The notes under the pieces: generated by a model
Told to the model about the DNA's origin: nothing
The model's database searches: none
The model's input: only the letters and a program-made list of their open reading frames with translations
Shown here: in pieces, positions 57,401 to 64,000 of the stretch
Numbering within the stretch: the first letter of the stretch is position 1
How the letters are laid out: the number at the start of each line of letters is the position of its first letter
Origin: Candidatus Spongiisociaceae bacterium
GTDB taxonomy: Bacteria; Actinomycetota; Acidimicrobiia; Spongiisociales; Spongiisociaceae
DNA: 64,000 nt
NCBI GenBank assembly: GCA_965202665.1
Contig: OZ241841.1
Coordinates: 2,400,001-2,464,000 of the forward strand
Reading direction: 5' to 3'
Translations under genes and position numbers: made by a program

Positions 57401-60400
57401 GGGACGACGGCAACGCGGAGGGGGGAGAGGGGCTGGTGTTGTCGGGGACGGCGTCGGTGGGGGGCGCGGCGGTGGCGGTGGCGTCCGCGGAGATTAGCGT
57501 GTTTGATCCGGGGCAGGCGATTGATTTGTCTTTGACCGACACCGCGCAAACTCCTGTGGCGTTGACGGCGGTGGGGGAGGACGGGGGGGCGCGGGTGGTG
57601 CGGGTGACGGCTACTGCTCCGGCGGCGGTGTCGGCGGAGACGGTGGTGTCGGTGACGGTGGGCGCGGCGGGGGGTTCGGCTGATCCGCAGTCGTGCGCGG
57701 GGTCGGGGCAGAACGAGGTTTGCACGGGAGGGGATTACGCAAAGTCGGATCCGGCGACGATCACTATTCCGTCGGGAGGGACGAGCGGGTCGGTGGATGT
57801 GACGGTCACCCCGTTGGAGGACACCATATCAGAAGAGAACGAGACGATCCGCGTCGGGGGTTCGGCGGGGGGGTATGCGGTGCGGGGGGCTGATTTGGAA
57901 ATCACCGACCAGGACCGAACGGTGGGGATAGGGGTGGGGGAGGGGGAGGCGTCGTACGGGGAGGGTGGGGATCCGCAGTCGGGCTGGGCCACCCGCAGCC
58001 AGTGTATGACTTCCGCTCCGTTTTCCAGGACGGTGACCGGCCGCCTGGGTGGGTTGTCGGCGGAGGGGGTGTTCACCGCGTCTACCTCCTCGACGTTGGG
58101 TAGTAATGTGCGGGGGCGGGTGCGGACGGTGGATGGAACGGCTACTTATAATCAGGATTATTCGTCGGATGGGTTCGCGGTGGACACCATGCCTACCGCG
58201 TGGGAGTTTATTACCATCGCGGCTGGTTCCACGTCGGGGACGGCGACGGTGCAGTTGGTGAGTTGCGTGGATGACGTGGCGGAGGGGGATGAGACTTATC
58301 AGATGACTATTTCCAGCCTTCCGGCGGGTTTCGGGGCGGATCCTCAGTTGATGACGGTGACCGATGATGACAGCCGTCCTGGGTTGCGGGGGAGCGTGTC
58401 GGAGGACGCGGGCGGAACAGTGGGGGTGGAGGCTTTCCTCCCGGCGGGGTCGTCGGAGTTGACCGACCCGCTGGTGGTGTCTTTGACGTCGGTGATCGCC
58501 GACAGCGCGGGGACGGCTGATTTTTCTTATCCGTCGCCCGCGCCGGTGCTGTTGACTATCCCGGCTGGTTCCACTTCGGTCAGCGGCGCCATCCCGGGGT
58601 TGGCTATCACTGATGATGGGAGCGTGGAGGGGCCGGAGCGGTTGACTTTGGGCGGGACGGACGCGTCGGGGGCTGCGGTGTCGGGTTCGTTGGCTATCGT
58701 CGATGACGACGCGGTGATAGATGTGCTGGTTTCCCCGGCGGAGGTGTTGGAGCAGGCCGCCGCTCAACAGATCGGGGTGACCGCCCGTTTCCGGGGAGAA
58801 ACTTCCGCGTTGACCGCGGCGACGGCGGTGACGGTTACGTTGGCGGGGGCGCAGAACGGGGCTACGTTGGCGGCGGCGTGTCCGGCTACTTCTGAGGATG
58901 CTTGCACCGACCAGGCCAACAACCAGTTCACCATCAGCATCCCCGCCGGGAGCGTTGAGGCGTCTGGGTCGTTTATGCTGACCGCCCGCAGCGACAACGC
59001 GGCGGACAACGACGAAGACCTGACCGTATCCGGCGCGGCCACTATCGGGGGGGAAGCGGCGGTGGTGGAGGGGACGGAGTTGACGATTTACGATCCGGGC
59101 CGGTCCATCGCGTTGAGTTTTACTGACACTGCTTCTACGCCGGTTCCGTTGGTGGATGTGGGGGAGGATGGGGGGGCTAAAGTGATTCGGGTGGTGGCTT
59201 CTGCGCCGGTGGCGCCGACGTCGGCGGTGGTGGTGGATGTGGTGGTGGGGGCGGAGGGTACTACGGCTGGGGCGGGGGATTATTCGTCGAGTTCGGATAG
59301 GGTGTCGGTGACTATCGCCGCCAACGACACCAGCGGGACGGCGGATGTGACTATCACCCCCGCGTCGGATACCATCACCGAAGACTTGGAGATTATCCGG
59401 TTCGCCGGTTCAGCTACTGGGTATGCGGTGGTGGCGAATGATTTGGTGATACAGGATCAGGATCGGGCGGTGAAGGTGATGGCGGCGGAGGGGGATCTGG
59501 TGGTGCGGGAGCCTAGGGAGGGGGAGGCGTTGACTAACCAGTATAATGGCATTCTCAAGTTTTTCCGGGGTATGACGGCTGTTTTGGGCGGGGTGTCGGG
59601 CGGGGTGTTCACCCCCTCTACCTCTTCTACTTACAGTTCTAATTTGGGGATGCGGGTGCGGGTTGATGCGGGGTCGGCCACCGTGGGCGGCCAGACTAGC
59701 ACTACCGACGATATCTTCCATGAGCACGGCGAGGCGGACGACCCGCTGGAGGTGACTATAAACGCGGGGGCCCTTTCCGGTAATGTGAATATAGTGTACG
59801 CTCCCACCGCGGTTCCGGTGGTTGCTGTTTTGAAGGACACGGTGGCGGAACCGGATCAGATCTTTTACTTCCGTCCCGCCGTTCCCTCCGGTTGGACCGC
59901 GGTCAGGGAGACGATCACCATCCAAGACTCCAACCAGATAGCGATAACGGTGGACACTGACAGCGCGACGGGAACCCAGACCACGCTGGCGGAAGGCGCC
60001 ACCGGTTCCGGCGTGACCGTTTCCGCCGCCTACTACAACGCCACCACCTCGGTAATAGCCTCCGCTACCAACGTGACTCTGTCAGCCGCCGCCCCCACCC
60101 CGGCCGGAGCCGGGAAGGCCGTCGCCGCCGACTTCACCTACACCCCGGCCACGCCCAATACCATCACTTTCCCCGCTAACAACGCCACCCCTTCAGCCAC
60201 CGCCACCCTAACCGGGTTGACGGTCACCGACGACGCGATTGTGGAGGGGCCGGAGACGATTACCATTAGCGGTTCTTCCCCGTTAGGCGACGCCACCCCC
60301 GCTACTATAACCATCGTCGACGACGACGACGACATCACGCTGTCAGTGTTCCCCGCCTCAGTAGCGGAAGGCTCGGGTACGCAGACGATAACGGTTACCG

Positions 60401-63400
60401 CCGCTTTCGCGGGAACCACCTCCGCCCTGACCGCCGCCACCGACGTGACGGTGACGGTCGCTTCCGCGTCCAGCAACGGTGCCACCCTGGCCGCCTGCCC
60501 CTCCTCCACCACTGATGTGTGCGTTACCGGTTTGACCAGCAGCCAGCTGACCGTGACCATCCCCGCCGGGGAAACCAGCGGCGCCGCTACTTTCCAGCTC
60601 ACCGCCCGCGACGACACCACCGCCGACGATGATGAGAAACTGACGGTAACCGGCTCCGCCACCGTCGGCGGCGCAACAGCTACGGTCACCGGAACCGAAA
60701 TGTCGATGCGGGATCCGGGGCGGGCGATTACGTTGAGTTTCACTGACACCGCCCAAACCCCCGCCGCGCTAACCGCAGTGGAAGAAGACGGCGGCGCGCA
60801 GACGGTGCGGGTGGTGGCCACCGTCGGGACGGCCCCCACCGCCGACACCGACGTAACAGTCACCGTAGGCGCCACAGGCGGCACCGCCACCTTGGGAACG
60901 CTAGGGGACTATCTACGCAGCGCCGGGGAGGCAACGGTGACCATCGCGGCGAATGACACCAGCGGAACCGCCGACGTAACCATCACCCCCGTGCAGGACA
61001 GGGTCACTGAAGATCACGAAACTATCCGCTTCGCGGGCGCCGCTACGGGGTATGCGGTAGTACCAGCCGATCTACAGATCATCGACCAAGACCGGGTTAT
61101 CAAGTTCACTTTGAACCCGGACACGATTGACGAGTGGGCTTCCCGCCGTAGCTCGGTTGTTTCGGATGGCACCGCTACTTTAGGAGGCACCTCCGGCGGC
61201 GTGTTCACTCCTTCCACGTCCTCTACTTACAGTTCCAATATGAATTTGCAGGCGTGGTCCCCTGAAGGTTCTGGCAATAGCCAAAATACTAGAACTATTG
61301 CTAGATATCACGTATATGACTGGGAAAGTTATTTGTTTTATTTGAGGAAATATTTTAATATTCCGTCTGGTTCACTCACCGCTTCGCAAGACATATCACA
61401 TTCCGTCGAGGTAAACAACACAGCGGATCCGGATGAGGCGATTAAACGGCTGGGAGCGAGGACGCTTCCAGCGGGGTTCACTCAGGAAAGAGCCTGGATT
61501 AAGGTGCGGGACGTGACGGATTCGCGGGTGGTGTTCAGGGTGGACACCGACGGCAACACTATGGGCAACCAGACCGAAATAGCGGAGGGTGCTTCCGGCA
61601 CAGGAGTGGAAGTATGGGCGGGATGGCCCTCCGGAGTCACCGCTACCCGTCACACGACGCCGGTCACGGCCACTCTTACTATCGAAGAAGATACGGAACC
61701 GGAGGCGGGGGAGGCGGGCGACGCCGATTTTGATTACGCTCCGCCGTCGCCGCTGTCGTTTACCATTCCTGTTAAGGTGGCGGAGGATCTTATGGCTACG
61801 CCTCCGGTGGTGGGTGTGTCTGGGTTGAAGAGTTCTTCGGGGACGTTGGCGGGTTTGTCGGTGGTGGATGATTCGATTGTGGAGGGTCCGGAGACGATAG
61901 CGTTTGGCGGTACTTCCAGTCTGGGTGCCGGGCATCCCGTTTCGGGGGAGTTGGTTATCGCCGATGATGATGCTGATATTTCGTTGTCGGTGTTCCCGGC
62001 GGTGGTAGCGGAAGGGTCGGGGGCGCAGACGATTACGGTTACCGCCCGTTTCGCGGGAACTAGCTCGGTGTTGACTGCGGATACTGTTGTGACGGTGACT
62101 GTTGCGGCGGCGTCGTCGGGTGGGGCGGTGGTGTCGTCGGCGGTGTGTCCGCAGACCGGGGATGATGTGTGTACCGACAAAACGAGCAATCAGTTTACGG
62201 TTACTATCCCGGCCGGGCAGTTGCTGGGGAGCGGTTCTTTCCAGTTGACCGCCCGGGAGGACTCCACCGCCGACGACGAAGAAGGCCTGACGATTTCAGG
62301 CTCAGCCGCGGTGGGGGGGGCGGCGGTGGAGGTGACGGGGACGGCGATGACGGTCCGCGACGCGGATAAGGCGATCACGCTCACTTTGACTGATACCGCG
62401 CAAACCCCGGCCGCGTTGACCGAGGTAGAAGAGGATGGCGGTGCGCAGACGGTGCGGATAACGGCTACTGCTTCGGCGGCGGTGGGCGCATCCCCGGTGA
62501 ACGTAACGGTGATGGTGGGCGCGTCGGGCGGCGACGCGCTGTTGAACACTGATTTCACTCGTAGTTCGGCTACGGCGACGATTACTATTCCCGCGCAGGG
62601 CACGAGTGGTTCGGCGGATGTGACCATAACGCCCCTGTCGGATACCATCACTGAGAATCGGGAGATGATATGGTTTACTGGTTCTGTTGCTGGGTATGGG
62701 GTGGTGGCGGCTGGTTTGGGGATTGCGGATCAGGATCGGTTTATTCGGGTGTCTCCTTTGGTTGATCGGTACACGGAGCCCTTACCTGGTGGTTTCAGTT
62801 ATACTACTCATCAGGTGGGTTTTAGAGCTGATTTGGGGGGTGTGTCTGGTGGGGTGTTCACTGCTTCGACGGCTTCTGCTTACAGTGCCGGTTTGAACAA
62901 TTTGCGGGTGACGATGCGGGAGGGGACGGCGTTGGATTATACTGGGCCATGTCCGTTAGTGAGCTGTGATTGGCGTTGGAATGGTAATTTAGGTCAGGTG
63001 TTGGTGTCTATTCCGGCTGGTTCTTTGTCTGCTACGTTGGCTGCTTCGGCTTTTAGCACTTTGCAGGTGTATAGGTATGGCCCGGTGGCGGAGGCGGTGG
63101 AGACGATAGAGGTGGTGGTGGCTGAGCCGGCGGGTTTTACTGTCGTTGCGGGGATTATCAGCATTGTGGACGAATACGATACTCGGGTTGCTTTGCAGGT
63201 GGATACTGATGGGGATACTGATGGTTATCAGACGGTGATAAGGGAGGGCGGCTCTGGTTCGGTGTCGGTGTCGGGGAGTTTCCGGTCGGGAACGGTCAAC
63301 GAGGTAGGTTCGGATGTGGCGGTGGCTTTGTCGACGGCGGTGGAAATCTCGGGGGCGGGGAAGGCGGTTGCGGCTGATTTCTCGTATGCGCCGCCGTCGC

Positions 63401-64000
63401 CGAATTCTTTCACCATCCCGGGCGCAGCCGTTGACCATGACGGCGACGGCGGTGACTCAACTGCGATGCCCCCAGTTCCTGGGACCGACCCCAGGGTTAT
63501 TTCTTATTCGTTGGTTCCGGCCACGCTAACTGGGTTGACAATTGTGGATGATACGATTGTGGAGGGCCCGGAGACGTTTTTGGTGAACGGTACGTCTTCG
63601 TTGGGGGCGGTTACGGCGGCGACGGTGATTATTGGGGATGATGATGTTGATGTGGATTTGTCGGTGTCTCCGTCGTTGGTGGCGGAGGGGGCGGGGGCGC
63701 AGACGATTACGGTTACCGCTCGTTTCAAGGGTTCTAGTACTGTGTTGACGGAGGCGGTGGATGTGACGGTGCAGGTGGCGGGCGCGTCGGGCGGCGCGGC
63801 GTTGGCGACTGCGCCGTGTCCGCAGATGTCGGGGGATGCTTGTACGGATAAGACGGATAATCGGTTTACGGTTACTATTCCGGCGGGGTCGTTGTCGGCT
63901 AACGGAACGTTCCAGTTGACCGCCCGCGACGACAACGTCGCCGAGGGGGCCGAGGCTTTGACCGTGAGCGGTTCGGCTATGGTGGGGGGTTTGGCGGTGC
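54484..64000 (+). CDS. Second giant secreted Calx-beta/Ig-like repeat protein; 3'-partial, not in the ORF track
   Basis: GGAGG RBS then GTG-ATG; signal peptide MGRMSGL...RVLGLGLAVVLVVGLLPLVPVGVEG|QTRTISF. Frame +1 gives Calx-like domains up to the window end (...DDNVAEGAEALTVSGSAMVGGLAV). The track lists no terminated ORF in this frame, which implies >3,170 codons without a stop. Confidence 0.9.
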   Translation, partial: MGRMSGLGSVGGVWGRVLGLGLAVVLVVGLLPLVPVGVEGQTRTISFRITDRNNNPVSAVTENAGDLRLRLHMDISPAAHKGGSVYFNTGGSATRHTDYGFGYADQCCISAGNWYSHVQDNSWLSWGTGDTHKSVDFTLRMVDDRLFEYYESFKIVRGTATDGFTYANSEVGLSVIDQDRRLGVSYSVSEVGESAAGQWRSGTVTLSRGDVSSGVFVPATANWTTYGVNPLQVKVVDGSAKNEVAGVTDERRDFVFSHFNDVVVANRRIVSVAKGQVSGTVGDVGFRVLSEVGERVAEPPEVFYVTVDTSPVWGAPVTIVDDDVTIALSSSSSNSSFAGFAESDIPQPVTVTARFLHAARSVIPTDTVVNVSVKSFSDSPVLTGGGAVVSSGACPQTSGDVCLDVGNSFTVTIPAGQVSGSRTVLMTARDEGGTAEGVEGVGLDGSASVGGEAVFVYGHAIRVYDAADAKVIGLSLHEAATGEAGLSSVGEGVGKAVRVRATMAGSWQSVWESRYSRVVWVTPGSVSGSATLGSCSGSGQSRVCTGDFGRSAGEVSVRMGSDDSATVGDVTITTYDDTVTEDGESVVFWGRSNSQWVVAPAMLTINDGDRYVDLSVSPSTVAEPASGNTRNDMRLTARFGQMVGNVFVPSTSSTHSSSFTSRLYFRDQSATQEDDQGNVDDFYQIGFSFRDISIAAGSVSGSVTWPFNFYADNKAEGTEDFRFEWGNSQVAGYSLSPNPNVYITDPDSALNLSIDADGGTTGVQPLREGESLSGAVGVAAFSAGSSTIGSATSVVLSAGLGAPGAGVASAVDFTYAPASPNTVSVAANSVSGSAALGGLAVVDDGVVEGPETFVLSGVVTGVAGVSAADSSVTIVDDDADIDLTVSESSVLEGAGEQAITVRAAFRGSSSVLTAATDVTVTLASAASGGAVLSSAVCPQTSGDVCSDKTNNQFTVSIPAGATSGSATLRLTARDDGNAEGGEGLVLSGTASVGGAAVAVASAEISVFDPGQAIDLSLTDTAQTPVALTAVGEDGGARVVRVTATAPAAVSAETVVSVTVGAAGGSADPQSCAGSGQNEVCTGGDYAKSDPATITIPSGGTSGSVDVTVTPLEDTISEENETIRVGGSAGGYAVRGADLEITDQDRTVGIGVGEGEASYGEGGDPQSGWATRSQCMTSAPFSRTVTGRLGGLSAEGVFTASTSSTLGSNVRGRVRTVDGTATYNQDYSSDGFAVDTMPTAWEFITIAAGSTSGTATVQLVSCVDDVAEGDETYQMTISSLPAGFGADPQLMTVTDDDSRPGLRGSVSEDAGGTVGVEAFLPAGSSELTDPLVVSLTSVIADSAGTADFSYPSPAPVLLTIPAGSTSVSGAIPGLAITDDGSVEGPERLTLGGTDASGAAVSGSLAIVDDDAVIDVLVSPAEVLEQAAAQQIGVTARFRGETSALTAATAVTVTLAGAQNGATLAAACPATSEDACTDQANNQFTISIPAGSVEASGSFMLTARSDNAADNDEDLTVSGAATIGGEAAVVEGTELTIYDPGRSIALSFTDTASTPVPLVDVGEDGGAKVIRVVASAPVAPTSAVVVDVVVGAEGTTAGAGDYSSSSDRVSVTIAANDTSGTADVTITPASDTITEDLEIIRFAGSATGYAVVANDLVIQDQDRAVKVMAAEGDLVVREPREGEALTNQYNGILKFFRGMTAVLGGVSGGVFTPSTSSTYSSNLGMRVRVDAGSATVGGQTSTTDDIFHEHGEADDPLEVTINAGALSGNVNIVYAPTAVPVVAVLKDTVAEPDQIFYFRPAVPSGWTAVRETITIQDSNQIAITVDTDSATGTQTTLAEGATGSGVTVSAAYYNATTSVIASATNVTLSAAAPTPAGAGKAVAADFTYTPATPNTITFPANNATPSATATLTGLTVTDDAIVEGPETITISGSSPLGDATPATITIVDDDDDITLSVFPASVAEGSGTQTITVTAAFAGTTSALTAATDVTVTVASASSNGATLAACPSSTTDVCVTGLTSSQLTVTIPAGETSGAATFQLTARDDTTADDDEKLTVTGSATVGGATATVTGTEMSMRDPGRAITLSFTDTAQTPAALTAVEEDGGAQTVRVVATVGTAPTADTDVTVTVGATGGTATLGTLGDYLRSAGEATVTIAANDTSGTADVTITPVQDRVTEDHETIRFAGAATGYAVVPADLQIIDQDRVIKFTLNPDTIDEWASRRSSVVSDGTATLGGTSGGVFTPSTSSTYSSNMNLQAWSPEGSGNSQNTRTIARYHVYDWESYLFYLRKYFNIPSGSLTASQDISHSVEVNNTADPDEAIKRLGARTLPAGFTQERAWIKVRDVTDSRVVFRVDTDGNTMGNQTEIAEGASGTGVEVWAGWPSGVTATRHTTPVTATLTIEEDTEPEAGEAGDADFDYAPPSPLSFTIPVKVAEDLMATPPVVGVSGLKSSSGTLAGLSVVDDSIVEGPETIAFGGTSSLGAGHPVSGELVIADDDADISLSVFPAVVAEGSGAQTITVTARFAGTSSVLTADTVVTVTVAAASSGGAVVSSAVCPQTGDDVCTDKTSNQFTVTIPAGQLLGSGSFQLTAREDSTADDEEGLTISGSAAVGGAAVEVTGTAMTVRDADKAITLTLTDTAQTPAALTEVEEDGGAQTVRITATASAAVGASPVNVTVMVGASGGDALLNTDFTRSSATATITIPAQGTSGSADVTITPLSDTITENREMIWFTGSVAGYGVVAAGLGIADQDRFIRVSPLVDRYTEPLPGGFSYTTHQVGFRADLGGVSGGVFTASTASAYSAGLNNLRVTMREGTALDYTGPCPLVSCDWRWNGNLGQVLVSIPAGSLSATLAASAFSTLQVYRYGPVAEAVETIEVVVAEPAGFTVVAGIISIVDEYDTRVALQVDTDGDTDGYQTVIREGGSGSVSVSGSFRSGTVNEVGSDVAVALSTAVEISGAGKAVAADFSYAPPSPNSFTIPGAAVDHDGDGGDSTAMPPVPGTDPRVISYSLVPATLTGLTIVDDTIVEGPETFLVNGTSSLGAVTAATVIIGDDDVDVDLSVSPSLVAEGAGAQTITVTARFKGSSTVLTEAVDVTVQVAGASGGAALATAPCPQMSGDACTDKTDNRFTVTIPAGSLSANGTFQLTARDDNVAEGAEALTVSGSAMVGGLAV

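Noticed and set aside
54183-63935. Short track ORFs across the right end, suggesting a non-coding or fragmented region
   Set aside because: They are off-frame or antisense to one continuous frame +1 gene that has no stop inside the window.

Overview
High-GC, probably actinobacterial DNA. The S-layer-homology (SLH) anchors, plant-type LRRs, Calx-beta-like giant proteins and leaderless TAnnnT promoters suggest a host-associated Acidimicrobiia-like organism such as a sponge symbiont (inference). Two paralogous giant surface-protein genes bracket the window. Gene 1 (<1..28400, >=9,465 codons, open past the left edge) has dozens of Calx-beta/Ig-like domains, two LRR blocks, a Pro/Thr VNTR and two SLH blocks. 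Gene 2 (54484..>64000) is absent from the ORF track because it has no stop in the window; it has a Sec signal peptide and a ~1.6-kb four-domain repeat in which one domain per unit is hypervariable. Between them is a tRNA-punctuated defence/accessory island: two Xis-like HTH paralogues, a coiled-coil/2TM protein, an AT-rich ABC-type ATPase + PIN pair, tRNA-Gln, a DUF4011-type helicase-nuclease, tRNA-Glu, a Fic protein, a PLP enzyme, a type III R-M locus, a DUF222-like HNH gene, and IS481 and ISL3 remnants separated by three copies of a promoter/G-rich repeat. Core genes follow (pgpA, ilvE, FAH family, gltX, tRNA-Glu), then a 5'-damaged tRNA-Ser. The strongest signals are four: (i) homopolymer switches, with two frameshifting poly-C tracts in mod and a G12 tract filling the 17-bp promoter spacer of giant gene 2; (ii) Calx scaffolds carrying Cys-paired loop inserts, a nested domain and periodic variable domains; (iii) a polarised G/T-to-C/A composition in mobile and giant genes; (iv) the repeat-IS-repeat-IS-repeat array.
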